DNA of 61,433 nucleotides, filler included, from Callorhinchus milii (GCF_018977255.1; 2 parts of 2 records of this genome joined end to end with filler, not necessarily neighbours in it); one strand, 5' to 3'. Numbered from the whole stretch's first letter, positions 1 through 15,469 are shown. Made by a program: numbers and translations. Notes: a model not told the origin generated them from the sequence alone.

Positions 1-3000
1 CAAACAATCCCTTGCGCAAACAATCCCTTGCGCAAACACAATCTTGCGCAAACACAACCTTGCGCAAACACTCCATTGCTCAAACACTGCCTTGCGCAAA
101 CACTGCCTTCCGCAAACACTCCATTGCTCAAACACTGCCTTGCAAAAACACACCGTGCAAAAACAGCGTGCACAAAAACAGCGTTGCACAAACAAAGCCT
201 TGCGCAAACACACCTTTGCGCAAACAATGCCCTGCGCAAAGACAACTTTGCGCAAACACAACCTTGCGCAAACACAGCCTGGAGCAAACACTGCCTGGCC
301 CAAACACTGCCTGGCGCAAACACTGCCTGGCGCAAACACTGCCTGGCACAAACACAGGCTGGCGCAAACACACTTATGCGCAAACACACTTATGCGCAAA
401 CACAACCTTGCGCAAACACTGCCTGGCGCAATCACTGCCTGGCGCAAACACTGCCTGGCGCAAACACTGCCTGGCGCAAACACTGCCTGGTGCAAACACT
501 GCCTGGCGCAATCACATCATTGCTCAAACACTGCCTTGCGCAAACACTGGCTTGCGCAAACACTCCCTTGAGCAAACACTGCCTTGCTCAAACACACCGT
601 GCGCAAACACTGCCGTGCGCAAACACTGCCATGCGCAAACACTGCCGTGCGCAAACAATCACTTGCGCAAACAATCCCTGGCGTAAACAATCCCTTGCGC
701 AAACACAATCTTGCGCAAACACAACCTTGCGCAAACACTCCATTGCTCAAACACTGCCTTGCGCAAACACTGCCTTCCGCAAACACTCCATTGCTCAAAC
801 ACTGCCTTGCACAAACACACCGTGCAAAAAAACAGCGTGCACAAACACAGCGTTGCACAAACAAAGCCTTGCGCAAACACACCTTTGCGCAAACAATGCC
901 CTGCGCAAAGACAACTTTGCGCAAACACAACCTTGCGCAAGCACTGCCTGGCCCAAACACTGCCTGGCGCAAACACTGCCTGGCGCAAACACTGCCTGGC
1001 GCAAACACAGCCTGGCGCAAACACAACCTTGCGCAAACACACTTATGCGCAAACACAACCTTGCGTAAACACAACCTTGCGCAAACACTGCCTGGCGCAA
1101 ACACTGCCTGGCGCAAACACTGCCTGGTGCAAACACTGCCTGGCGCAATCACATCCTTGCTCAAACACTGCCTTGCGCAAACACTGGCTTGCGCAAACAC
1201 TCCCTTGCGCAAACACTGCCTTGCGCAAACACACCGTGCGCAAACACTGCCGTGCGCAAACAATCACTTGCGCAAACAATCCCTGGCGTAAACAATCCCT
1301 TGCGCAAACACAATCTTGCGCAAACACAACCTTGCGCAAACACTCCATTGCTCAAACACTGCCTTGCGCAAACACTGCCTTCCGCAAACACTCCATTGCT
1401 CAAACACTGCCTTGCACAAACACACCGTGCAAAAAAACAGCGTGCACAAAAACAGCGTTGCACAAAGAAAGCCTTGCGCAAACACACCTTTGCGCAAACA
1501 ATGCCCTGCGCAAAGACAACTTTGCGCAAACACAACCTTGCGCAAACACTGCCTGGCACAAACACTGCCTGGCCAAACACTGCCTGGCGCAAACACTGCC
1601 TGGCGCAAACGTGCCTGGCGCAAACACTGCCTGGCGCAAACACATCCTGGCGCCTCAAACACTGCCCTTGCGCAAACACTGGGCCTTGCGCAAACACACC
1701 TCTTGCGCAAACAAAGCCTGCGCAAACGCACCTTTGCGCAAACAATGCCCTGCGCAAAGACAACTTTGCCCAAACACAACCTTGGGCAAACACTGCCTGG
1801 TGCAAACAGTGCCTAGCGCAAACACAGCCTTGCGCAAACACAGCCTTGAGCAAACACTCCCTTGCGCAAACACTGCCATGCGCAAGGACACCATTGCGCA
1901 AACACTGCAGTGCGCAAACACACCTTTGAGCAAACACTGCGTGTGCAAACACAACCTTGAGCAAACACACCATTGCGCAAACAATGCCCTGCGCAAACAC
2001 ACCTTTGCGCAAACACTCCGTGCGCAAACACAACCTTGAGCAAACACACCTTTGCGCAAACACTGCCGTGCGCAAACACCGCCGTGCGCAAACACCGCCC
2101 TGCGCAAACACCGCCGTGCGCAAACACCGCCGTGCGCAAATACCGCCGTGCGCAAACACCGCCGTGCGCAAACACCGCCGTGCGCAAGCACCGCCGTGCG
2201 CAAACACCGCCGTTACAAACACAGCCTTGCGCAAACACAGCCTTGCGCAAACACAGCCTTGCGCAAACACAGCCGTGCGCAAACACTGCCTGGCGCAAAC
2301 ACTGCCTGGCGCAAACACTGCCTGGCGCAAACACTGCCTGGCGCAAACGCTGCCTGGCGCAAACGCTGCCTGGCGCAAACACTGCCTGGCGCAAACACAC
2401 CTATGCGCAAACACAACCTTGCGCAAACACAACCTTGCGCAAACACTGCCTGGCGCAAACACTGCCTGGCGCAAACACTGCCTGGCGCAAACACTGCCTG
2501 GCGCAAACACTGCCTGGCGCAAACACTGCCTGGCGCAAACACTGCCTGGCGCAAACACAGCCTGGCGCAAACACAGCCTGGCGCAAACAATGCCCTGCGC
2601 AAACACACCTTTGCGCAAACACACCGTGAGCAAACACAACCTTGAGCAAACACAACTTTGCGCAAACACCGCCCTGCGCAAACAACGCCATACGCAAACA
2701 CCTCCGTGCGCAAATACCGCCGTGCGCAAACACCGCCGTGCGCAAACACCGCCGTGCGCAAGCAACGCCGTGCGCAAACACCGCCGTGCACAAACACAGC
2801 CTTGCGCAAACACAGCCTTGCGCAAACAGCCGTGCGCAAACAGCCATGCGCAAACACAGCCGTGCGCAAACACTGCCTTGCTCAAACACTGCCTTGCGCA
2901 ATCACTGCCTTGCGCAATCACTGCCTTGCGCAAACACTGCCTTGTGCAAACACTGCCTTGCGTGTGCAAACACTGCCCTGCGCAAACAATGCCCTGCCCA

Positions 3001-6000
3001 AACAATGCCCTGCCGAAACAATGCCCTGCGCAAACACTGCCTTGCGCTAACACTGCCTGCGCAATCACATGCTTGCGCAAACACAGCATTGCGCAAACAC
3101 TGGCTTCCGCAAACAATGCTTTGCACACACACATCCTTGAGCAAAAACCTCTTGCTCAAACACTGCATTGCGCAAACACTGGCTTGCGCAAACACTCCCT
3201 TGAGCAAACACTGCCTTGCGCAAACACACCGTGAGCAAACACAGCCGTGCGCAAACACTCCATTGCTCAAACACTGCCTTGCGGAAACACACCGTGCAAA
3301 AAAACAGCGTGCACAAACACAACGTTGCACAAACAAAGCCTTGCGCAAACACCACCTTGCGCAAACACAACCTTGCACAAACAGACCTTTGTGCAAACAC
3401 AGCCTGGCGCAAACACACCTTTGCGCAAACAATGCCCTGCGCAAACACAGCTTTGCGCAAACACTCCGTGAGCAAACACAACCTTGAGCAAACACACCTT
3501 TGCGCAAACACTGCCGTGCGCAAACACCGCCCTGCGCAAACACCGCCCTGCGCAAACACCGCCCTGCGCAAACACCGCCCTGCGCAAACACCGCCCTGCG
3601 CAAACACCGCCGTGCGCAAACACCGCCGTGCGCAAACACCGCCGTGCGCAAACACCGCCGTGCGCAAACACCGCCGTGAGCAAACACCGCCGTGCGCAAA
3701 CACCGCCGTGCGCAAACACAGCCGTGCGCAAACACTGCCGTGCGCAATCAATCCCTTGCGCAATCAATCCCTTGCGCAAACAATCCCTTGCGCAAACACA
3801 ATTTTGCGCAAACACAACCTTGCGCAAACACTCCATTGCTCAAACACTGCCTTGCGCAAACACTGCCTTCCGCAAACACTCCATTGCTCAAACACTGCCT
3901 TGCGCAAACACACCGTGCAAAAAAACAGCGTGCACAAACAGAGCGTTGCACAAACAAAGCCTTGCGCAAACACACCTTTGCGCAAACAATGCCCTGCGCA
4001 AAGACAACTTTGCGCAAACACAACCTTGCGCAAACACTGCCTGGCCCAAACACTGCCTGGCCCAAACACTGCCTGGCGCAAACACTGCCTGGCGCAAACA
4101 CTGCCTGGCGCAAACACAGCCTTGCGCAAACACACCTATGCGCAAACACAACCTTGCGCAAACACAACCTTGCGCAAACACTGCCTGGCGCAAACACTGC
4201 CTGGCGCAAACACTGCCTGGTGCAAACACTGCCTGGCGCAATCACATCCTTGCGCAAACACAGCATTGCGCAAACACTGGCTTCCGCAAACAATGCTTTG
4301 CACACACGCGTCCTTGAGCAAAAATCTCTTGCTCAAACACTGCCTTGCGCAAACACTGGCTTGCGCAAACACTCCCTTGAGCAAACACTGCCTTGCGCAA
4401 ACACACCGTGCGCAAACACTGCCGTGCGCAAACACTGCCATGCGCAAACACTGCCGTGCGCAAACAATCACTTGCGCAAACAATCCCTGGCGTAAACAAT
4501 CCCTTGCGCAAACACAATCTTGCGCAAACACAACCTTGCGCAAACACTCAATTGCTCAAACACTGCCTTGCGCAAACACACCGTGCAAAAAAACAGCGTG
4601 CACACACACAGCGTTGCACAAACAAAGCCTTGCGCAAACACACCTTTGCGCAAACAATGCCCTGCGCAAAGACAACTTTGCGCAAACACAACCTTGCGCA
4701 AACACTCCATTGCTCAAACACTGCCTTGCGCAAACACTGCCTTCCGCAAACACTCCATTGCTCAAACACTGCCTTGCGCAAACACACCGTGCAAAAAAAC
4801 AGCGTGCACAAACACAGCGTTGCACAAACAAAGCCTTGCGCAAACACACCTTTGCGCAAACAATGCCCTGCGCAAAGACAACTTTGCGCAAACACAACCT
4901 TGCGCAAACACTGCCTGGCCCAAACACTGCCTGGCCCAAACACTGCCTGGCGCAAACACTGCCTGGCGCAAACACTGCCTGGCGCAAACACAGCCTTGCG
5001 CAAACACACCTATGCGCAAACACAACCTTGCGCAAACACAACCTTGCGCAAACACTGCCTGGCGCAAACACTGCCTGGCGCAAACACTGCCTGGTGCAAA
5101 CACTGCCTGGCGCAATCACATCCTTGCGCAAACACAGCATTGCGCAAACACTGGCTTCCGCAAACAATGCTTTGCACACACGCGTCCTTGAGCAAAAATC
5201 TCTTGCTCAAACACTGCCTTGCGCAAACACTGGCTTGCGCAAACACTCCCTTGAGCAAACACTGCCTTGCGCAAACACACCGTGCGCAAACACTGCCGTG
5301 CGCAAACACTGCCATGCGCAAACACTGCCGTGCGCAAACAATCACTTGCGCAAACAATCCCTGGCGTAAACAATCCCTTGCGCAAACACAATCTTGCGCA
5401 AACACAACCTTGCGCAAACACTCAATTGCTCAAACACTGCCTTGCGCAAACACACCGTGCAAAAAAACAGCGTGCACACACACAGCGTTGCACAAACAAA
5501 GCCTTGCGCAAACACACCTTTGCGCAAACAATGCCCTGCGCAAAGACAACTTTGCGCAAACACAACCTTGCGCAAACACAACCTTGCGCAAACACTGCCT
5601 GGTGCAAACAGTGCCTAGCGCAAACACAGCCTTGCGCAAACACAGCCTTGAGCAAACACAGCCTTGCGCAAACACTGCCTTGCGCAAACACACCATTACG
5701 CAAACAATGCCCTGCGCAAACACACCTTTGCGCAAACACTCCGTGCGCAAACACAACCTTGAGCAAACACACCTTTGCGCAAACACTGCCGTGCGCAAAC
5801 AATCACTTGCGCAAACAATCCCTGGCGTAAACAATCCCTTGCGCAAACACAATCTTGCGCAAACACAACCTTGCGCAAACGCTCAATTGCTCAAACACTG
5901 CCTTGCGCAAACACACCGTGCAAAAAAACAGCGTGCACACACACAGCGTTGCACAAACAAAGCCTTGCGCAAACACACCTTTGCGCAAACAATGCCCTGC

Positions 6001-7326
6001 GCAAAGACAACTTTGCGCAAACACAACCTTGCGCAAACACAACCTTGCGCAAACACTGCCTGGTGCAAACAGTGCCTAGCGCAAACACAGCCTTGCGCAA
6101 ACACAGCCTTGACCAAACACAGCCTTGCGCAAACACTGCCTTGTGCAAACACAGCCGTGCGCAAACACAGCCATGCGCAAACACCGCCGTGCGCAAACAC
6201 CGCCGTGCGTAATCAATCCCTTGCGCAAACAATCCCTTGCGCAAACAATCCCTTGCGCAAACAATCCCTTGCGCAAATACAATCTTGCGCAAACACAACC
6301 TTGCGCAAACACTCCATTGCTCAAACACTGCCTTGCGCAAACACTGCCTTCCGCAAACACTCCATTGCTCAAACACTGCCTTGCGCAAACACACCGTGCA
6401 AAAAAACAGCGTGCACAAACACAGCGTTGCACAAACAAAGCCTTGCGCAAACACACCTTTGCGCAAACAATGCCCTGCGCAAAGACAACTTTGCGCAAAC
6501 ACAACCTTGCGCAAACACTGCCTGGCGCAAACACTGCCTGGCCCAAACACTGCCTGGCGCAAACACTGCCTGGCGCAAACACTGCCTGGCGCAAACACAG
6601 CCTTGCGCAAACACAGCCTTGCGCAAACACACCTATGCGCAAACACAACCTTGCGCAAACACAACCTTGCGCAAACACTGCCTGGCGCAAACACTGCCTG
6701 GCGCAAACACTGCCTGGTGCAAACACTGCCTGGCGCAATCACATCCTTGCGCAAACACAGCATTGCGCAAACACTGGCTTCCGCAAACAATGCTTTGCAC
6801 ACACGCGTCCTTGAGCAAAAATCTCTTGCTCAAACACTGCCTTGCGCAAACACTGGCTTGCGCAAACACTCCCTTGAGCAAACACTGCCTTGCGCAAACA
6901 CACCGTGCGCAAAACACTGCCGTGCGCAAACACTGCCATGCGCAAACACTGCCGTGCGCAAACAATCACTTGCGCAAGCAATCCCTGGCGTAAACAATCC
7001 CTTGCGCAAACACAATCTTGCGCAAACACAACCTTGCGCAAACACTCAATTGCTCAAACACTGCCTTGCGCAAACACACCGTGCAAAAAAAAGCGTGCAC
7101 ACACACAGCGTTGCACAAACAAAGCCTTGCGCAAACACACCTTGCGCAAACAATGCCCTGCGCAAAGACAACTTTGCGCAAACACAACCTTGCGCAAACA
7201 GCCGTGCTCAAACACAGCCTGGCCCAAACACTGCCTGGCGCAAACACAGCCGTGCGCAAACACTGCCTTGCTCAAACACTGCCTTGCGCAAACACTGCCT
7301 TGCGCAAACAATGCCCTGCTCAAACA

Positions 7327-7543
7327 ATAATAATAATAATAATCCTTGCATTTGATATAGCGCTTTTCACGTCGGGAGGACGTCCCAAAGCGCTTCACAG
7401 AACACACTGTAAAGTGAATTGACTGTATATTTGTGGGTGAACGCGGCAGCCAATTGCGCACAGCAATGTCCCACAAACAGTCGTAGATTGAAAATGACCA
7501 ATTTTTTTTTTATTATTGTATTTTGGTTTTTTTTGAGGGATTA
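7327..7543 (-). mobile_element. 5'-truncated SINE (Deu-domain-like body, L2/CR1-type tail with (TTA)n)
   Basis: Same body and tail as the full copies but no tRNA head. Different insertion site, flanked by atgccctgctcaaaca / atgccctgcgcaaaca. Confidence 0.85.
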
Positions 7544-10500
7544 TGCCCTGCGCAAACAATGCCCTGCGCAAACAATGCCCTGCGGAAACACACCGTGCAC
7601 AAACACGGCCTTGCGCAGACATTGCCGTGCGCAAACACTGCGTTGCGCAAACACTGCCTGCGCAATCACATCCTTGCCCAAACACAGCATTGCGCAAACA
7701 CTGGCTTCCGCAAACAATGCTTTGCGCACACACATCCTTCAGCAAAAATCTCTTGCTCAAACATTGCGCTGCGCAAACACTGGCTTGCGCAAACACTCCC
7801 TTGAGCAAACACTGCCTTGCGCAAACACAGCCGTGTGCAAACACTGCCTTACGCAAACACTGCCTTGTGGAAACACTGCCTTGCGCAAACAATACCCTGT
7901 GCAAACAATGCACTGCGCAAACAATGCCCTGCGGAAACACAGCGTGCACAAACACAACTTTGCGCAAAAACTCCTTGCACAAACACGGCCTTGAGCTAAC
8001 ATTGCCTGGCGCAAACACAACCTTGAGAAAAACACAACCTTGCGCAAACACAGCCGTGCGCAAACACAGCCGTGCGCAAACACAGCCGTGCGCAAACACA
8101 GCCGTGCGCAAATACTGCCTTGCGCAAACACACCGTGCAAAAAAACAGCGTGCACAAACACAGCATTGCACAAACACAGCATTGCACAAACAAAGCCTTG
8201 CGCAAACACAACATTGCGCAAACACTGCCTGGCGCAAACACTGCCTGGCGCAAACACTGCCTGGCGCAAACACTGCCTGGCGCAAACACTGCCTGGCGCA
8301 AACACACCTATGCGCAAACACAACCTTGCGCAAACACAACCTTGCGCAAACACAGCCTTGCACAAACAATGCCCTGCGCAAACACACCTTTGCGCAAACA
8401 CACCGTGAGCAAACACAACCTTGAGCAAACAGACCTTTGCGCAAACACCGCCCTGCGCAAACACCTCGGTGCGCAAATACCGCCGTGCGCAAACACCGCC
8501 GTGCGCAAACACCGCCATGCGCAAACACCGCCGTGCGCAAACACCGCCGTACGCAAACACCGCCGTGCGCAAACAATCCCTTGCGCAAACAATCCCTTGC
8601 GCAAACACAATCTTGCGCAAACACTCCATTGCTCAAATACTGCCTTGCGCAAACACTGCCTTCCGCAAACACAGCCTTGCGCAAACACAGCCTTGCGCAA
8701 ACACACCTTTGCGCAAACACAACTTTGCGCAAACACAACCTTGCGCAAACACTGCCTGGCGCAAACACTGCGTGGTGCAAACACTGCCTGGCGCAAACAC
8801 AGCCTTGCGCAAACACAGCCTGGCACAAACACAGCCTTACGCAAACAGTGCCCTGCGCAAACACACCTTTGAGCAAACACTCCGTGAGCAAACACAACCT
8901 TGAGCAAACACACCTTTGCGCAAACACTGCCGTGCGCAAACACCGCCGTGCGCAAACACCGCCGTGCGCAAACAACGCCGTGCGCAAACACCTCCGTGCG
9001 CAAACACCTCCGTGCGCAAATACCGCCATGCGCAAACACCACCGTGCGCAAACACCACCGTGCGCAAACACCGCCGTGCGCAAACACAGCCGTGCGCAAA
9101 CACAGCCGTGCGCAAACACCGCCGTGCGCAAACACTGCCGTGCGCAAACAATTCCTTGCGCAAACAATCCCTTGCGCAAACAATCCCTTGTGCAAACACA
9201 ATCTTGCGCAAACACAACCTTGCGCAAACACTCCATTGCTCAAACACTGCCTTGCGCAAACACTGCCTTCCGCAAACACTACATCTCAAACACTGCCTTG
9301 CGCAAACACACTGTGCAAAAAAACAGCGTGCACAAACACAGCGTTGCACAAACAAAGCCTTGCGCAAACACACCTTTGCGCAAACAATGCCCTGCGCAAA
9401 GACAACTGTGCGCAAACACAACCTTGCGCAAACACTGCTTGGCGCAAACACTGCCTGGCCCAAACACTGCCTGGCGCAAACACTGCCTGGCGCAAACACA
9501 GCCTTGCGCAAACTCAGCCTTGCGCAAACACAGCCTTGCGCAAACACAACCTTGCGCAAACACAATCTTGCGCAAACACTGCCTGGAGCAAACACTGCCT
9601 GGCGCAAACACTGCCTGGTGCAAACACTGCCTGGTGCAAACACTGCCTGGCACAATCACATCCTTGCGCAAACACAGCATTGCGCAAACACTGGCATCCG
9701 CAAACAATGCTTTGCACACACACATCCTTGAGCAAAAATCTCTTGCTCAAACACTGCCTTGCGCAAACACTGGCTTGCGCAAACACTCCCTTGAGCAAAC
9801 ACTGCCTAGCGCAAACACTGCCTTGCGCAAACACACCGTGCGCAAACACACCGTGCGCAAACACTGCCGTGCGCAAACACCGCCATGCGCAAACACTGTC
9901 GTGCGCAAACAATCACTTGCGCAAACAATCCCTGGCGTAAACAATCCCTTGCGCAAACACAATCTTGCGCAAACACAACTTTGCGCAAACACTCCATTGC
10001 TCAAACACTGCCTTGCGCAAACACAGCCTTGCGCAAACACACCTATGCGCAAACACAACCTTGCGCAAACACAATCTTGCGCAAACACTGCCTGGAGCAA
10101 ACACTGCCTGGCGCAAACACTGCCTTGCGCAAACACAGCCTTGCGCAAACACACCTATGCGCAAACACAACCTTGCGCAAACACAATCTTGCGCAAACAC
10201 TGCCTGGAGCAAACACTGCCTGGCGCAAACACTGCCTGGTGCAAACACTGCCTGGCGCAATCACATCCTTGCGCAAACACAGCATTGCGCAAACACTGGC
10301 TTCCGCAAACAATGCTTTGCACACACACATCCTTGAGCAAAAATCTCTTGCTCAAACACTGCCTTGCGCAAACACTGGCTTGCGCAAACACTCCCTTGAG
10401 CAAACACTGCCTTGCGCAAACACACCGTGCGCAACCACTGCCGTGCGCAAACACTGCCATGCGCAAACACTGCCGTGCACAAACAATCACTTGCGCAAAC

Positions 10501-12359
10501 AATCCCTGGCGTAAACAATCCCTTGCGCAAACACAATCTTGCGCAAACACAACCTTGCGCAAACACTCAATTGCTCAAACACTGCATTGCGCAAACACAC
10601 CGTGCAAAAAAACAGCGTGCACACACACAGCGTTGCACAAACACAACCTTGCGCAAACACAACCTTGCGCAAACACTGCCTGGCGCAAGCACTGCCTGGC
10701 GCAAACACTACCTGGCGCAAACACTGCCTGGCGCAATCACATCCTTGCGCAAACACAGCCTTCCGCAAACACACCTTTGCGCAAACAAAGCCTTGCGCAA
10801 ACGCACCTTTGCGCAAACAATGCCCTGCGCAAAGACAACTTTGCCCAAACACAACCTTGGGCAAACACTGCCTGGTTCAAACAGTGCCTAGCGCAAACAC
10901 AGCCTTGCGCAAACACAGCCTTGAGCAAACACAGCCTTGCGCAAACACTGCCTTGCGCAAACACACCATTGCGCAAACAATGCCCTGCGCAAACACACCT
11001 TTGCGCAAACACTGCGTGTGCAAACACAACCTTGAGCAAACACACCATTGCGCAAACAATGCCCTGCGCAAACACACCTTTGCGCAAACACTCCGTGCGC
11101 AAACACAACCTTGAGCAAACACACCTTTGCGCAAACACTGCCGTGCGCAAACACCGCCGTGCGCAAACACCGCCCTGCGCAAACACCGCCGTGCGCAAAC
11201 ACCGCCGTGCGCAAATACCGCCGTGCGCAAACACCGCCGTGCGCAAACATCGCCGTGCGCTAGCACCGCCGTGCGCAAACACAGCCGTACGCAAACACCG
11301 CCGTGCGCAAACACTGCCGTGCGCAATCAATCCCTTGCGCAAACAATCCCTTGCGCAAACAATCCCTTGCGCAAATACAATCTTGCGCAAACACAACCTT
11401 GCGCAAACACTCCATTGCTCAAACACTGCCTTGCGCAAACACCACCTTGCGCAAACACACCGTGCAAAAAAACAGCGTGCACACACACAGCGTTGCACAA
11501 ACAAAGCCTTGCACAAACACACCTTTGCGCAAACAATGCCCTGCGCAAAGACAACTTTGCGCAAACACAACCTTGCGCAAACACTGCCTGGTGCAAACAC
11601 TGCCTGGCGCAAACACTGCCTGGCGCAAACAGTGCCTTGCGCAAACACAGCCTTGCGCAAACACAGCCTTGACCAAACACAGCCTTGCGCAAACACTGCC
11701 TTGTGCAAACACACCATTGCGCAAACAATGCCCTGTGCAAACACACCTTTGCGCAAACACTCCGTGCGCAAACACAACCTTGAGCAAACACACCTTTGCG
11801 CAAACACTGCCGTGCGCAAACAACGCCGTGCGCAAACACCGCCCTGCGCAAACACCGCCCTGCGCAAACAACGCCATACGCAAACACCTCCGTGCGCAAA
11901 TACCGCCGTGCGCAAACACCGCCGTGCGCAAACACCGCCGTGCGCAAACACCGCCGTGCACAAACACAGCCTTGCGCAAACACAGCCGTGCGCAAACACT
12001 GCCTTACTCAAACACTGCCTTGCGCAATCACTGTCTTGCGCACACACTGCCTTGTGCAAACACTGCCTTGCCTGCGCAAACACTGCCTTGCGCAAACACT
12101 GCCTTGCGCAAACACTGGCTTCCGCAAACAATGCTTTGCACACACACATCCTTGAGCAAAAACCTCTTGCTCAAACACTGCGTTGCGCAAACACTGGCTT
12201 GCGCAAACACTCCCTTGAGCAAACACTGCCTTGCCCAAACACACCGTGAGCAAACACAGCCGTGCGCAAACACTGCCGTGCGCAAACACTGCCGTGCGCA
12301 AACAATCCCTTTTGCAAACAATCCCTTGCGCAAACAATCCCTTGCGCAAACACAATCTT

Positions 12360-12686
12360 ATAATAATAATAATAATAATAATCCTTGCATTTGATATAGC
12401 GCTTTTCACGTCAGGAGGACGTCCCAAAGCGCTTCACAGAACACACTGTAAAGTGAATTGACTGTATATTTGTGGGCGAAAGCGGCAGCCAATTGCACAC
12501 AGCTATGTCCCACAAACAGTCGTAGATTGAAAATGACCAATTTATTAATGTTTTGGGTTTTGGAGGGATTATTATTAGGCTCTGTGTGGAATAAGGAAAC
12601 CTGCCCAAGGTTTCGCCCTGCCTGGAATTGAACTCAGGACTCTCGCTTGCAAAGCGAGTGCTCCAACCACTGAGCTACAGGACTCC
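12360..12686 (-). mobile_element. Full-length tRNA-Ala(TGC)-derived SINE, DeuSINE-like, copy 1
   Basis: Minus strand: A box TAGCTCAGTGG, anticodon arm CTCGC-TTTGCAA-GCGAG, B box GAGTTCAATTC. Body CTGTTTGTGGGAC..GCTGTG(C/T)GCAATTGGCTGCCGC resembles the Deu domain (from memory of AmnSINE/SINE3 consensus). Tail GAAGCGCTTTGGGACGTCC..GTGAAAAGCGCTATATCAAATGCA followed by (TTA)n. Confidence 0.9.
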
Positions 12687-15469
12687 ACAAACACAACCTT
12701 GCGCAAACACTCCATTGCTCAAACACTGCCTTGCGGAAACACACCGTGCAAAAAAACAGCGTGCACAAACACAGCGTTGCAGAAACAAAGCCTTGCGCAA
12801 ACACAACCTTGCGCAAACACAATCTTGCGCAAACAGACCTTTGCGCAAACACAGCCTGGCGCAAACACACCTTTGCGCAAACAATGCCCTGCGCAAACAC
12901 ACCTTTGCGCAAACACTCCGTGAGCAAACACAACCTTGAGCAAACACACCTTTGCGCAAACACCGCCCTGCGCAAACAACAACGTGCGCAAACACCGCCG
13001 TGCGCAAACACCGCCGTGCGCAAACACCGCCGTGCGCAAACACCGCCGTGCGCAAACACCGCCGTGCGCAAACACCGCCGTGCGCAAACACCGCCGTGCG
13101 CAAACACAGCCGTGCGCAAACACAGACGTGCGCAAACACCGCCGTGCGCAAACACTGCCGTGCGCAAACAATCCCTTGCGCAAACAATCCCTTGCGCAAA
13201 CACAATCTTGCGCAAACACAACCTTGCGCAAACACTCCATTGCTCAAACACTGCCTTGCGCAAACACTGCCTTCCGCAAACACTCCATTGCTCAAACACT
13301 GCCTTGCGCAAACACACCGTGCAAAAAAACAGCGTGCACAAACACAGCGTTGCACAAACAAAGCCTTGCGCAAACACACCTTTGCGCAAACAATGCCCTG
13401 CGCAAAGACAACTTTGCGCAAACACAACCTTGCGCAAACACTGCCTGGCGCAAACACTGCCTGGCCCAAACACTGCCTGGCGCAAACACTGCCTGGCGCA
13501 AACACTGCCTGGCGCAAACACAGCCTTGCGCAAACACAGCCTTGCGCAAACACACCTATGCGCAAACACAACCTTGCGAAAACACAACCTTGCGCAAACA
13601 CTGCCTGGCGCAAACACTGCCTGGCGCAAACACTGCCTGGTGCAAACACTGCCTGGCGCAATCACATCCTTGCGCAAACACAGCATTGCGCAAACACTGG
13701 CTTCCGCAAACAATGCTTTGCACACACGCGTCCTTGAGCAAAAATCTCTTGCTCAAACACTGCCTTGCGCAAACACTGGCTTGCGCAAACACTCCCTTGA
13801 GCAAACACTGCCTTGCGCAAACACACCGTGCGCAAACACTGCCGTGCGCAAACACTGCCATGCGCAAACACTGCCGTGCGCAAACAATCACTTGCGCAAA
13901 CAATCCCTGGTGTAAACAATCCCTTGCGCAAACACAATCTTGCGCAAACACAACCTTGCCCAAACACTCAATTGCTCAAACACTGCCTTGCGCAAACACA
14001 CCGTGCAAAAAAACAGCGTGCACACACACAGCGTTGCACAAACAAAGCCTTGTGCAAACACACCTTTGCGCAAACAATGCCATGCGCAAAGACAACTTTG
14101 CGCAAACACAACCTTGCGCAAACAAAACCTTGCGCAAACACTGCCTGGTGCAAACAGTGCCTAGCGCAAACACAGCCTTGCGCAAACACAGCCTTGAGCA
14201 AACACAGCCTTGCGCAAACACTGCCTTGCGCAAACACACCATTGCGCAAACAATGCCCTGCGCAAACACACCTTTGCGCAAACACTCCGTGCGCAAACAC
14301 TCCGTGCGCAAACACACCTTTGCGCAAACACTGCTGTGCGCAAACAATCACTTGCGCAAACAATCCCTGGCGTAAACAATCCCTTGCGCAAACACAATCT
14401 TGCGCAAACACAACCTTGCGCAAACACTCAATTGCTCAAACACTGCCTTGTGCAAACACACCGTGCAAAAAAACAGCGTGCACACACACAGCGTTGCACA
14501 AACAAAGCCTTGCGCAAACACACCTTTGCGCAAACAATGCCCTGCGCAAAGACAACTTTGCACAAACACAACCTTGCGCAAACACAACCTTGCGCAAACA
14601 CTGCCTGGTGCAAACAGTGCCTAGCGCAAACACAGCCTTGCGCAAACACAGCCTTGAGCAAACATAGCCTTGCGCAAACACTGCCTTGCGCAAACACACC
14701 ATTGCGCAAACAATGCCCTGCGCAAACACACCTTTGCGCAAACACTCCGTGCGCAAACACAACCTTGAGCAAACACACCTTTGCGCAAACACTGCCGTGC
14801 GCAAACACCGCCGTGCGCAAACACCGCCCTGCGCAAACACCGCCCTGCGCAAACAACGCCCTGCGCAAACACACCTTTGCGCAAACACTCCGTGAGCAAA
14901 CACAACCTTGAGCAAACACTGCCCTGCGCAAACACAGCCCTGCGCAAACAACGCCATACGCAAACACCTCCGTGCGCAAATACCGCCGTGCGCATACACC
15001 GCCGTGCGCTAACACCGCCGTGCGCAAACACCGCCGTGCACAAACACAGCCTTGCGCAAACACAGCCTTGCGCAAACAGCCGTGCGCAAACACAGCTGTG
15101 CGCAAACACTGCATAACTCAAACACTGCCTTGCGCAATCACTGTCTTGCGCAAACACTGCCTTGTGCAAACACTGCCTTGCGTGCGCAAACACTGCCTTG
15201 CGCAAACACTGCCTTGCGCAAACACTGGCTTCCGCAAACAATGCTTTGCACACACACATCCTTGAGCAAAAACCTCTTGCTCAAACACTGCGTTGCGCAA
15301 ACACTGGCTTGCGCAAACACTCCCTTGAGCAAACACTGCCTTGCGCAAACACACCGTGAGCAAACACAGCCGTGCGCAAACACTGCCGTGCGCAAACACT
15401 GCCGTGCGCAAACAATCCCTTTTGCAAACAATCCCTTGCGCAAACAATCCCTTGCGCAAACACAATCTT

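Noticed and set aside
12615..12686. Functional tRNA-Ala gene cluster
   Set aside because: Each head continues into a SINE body and LINE-type tail, the T-stem is imperfect, and no terminator follows the cloverleaf.
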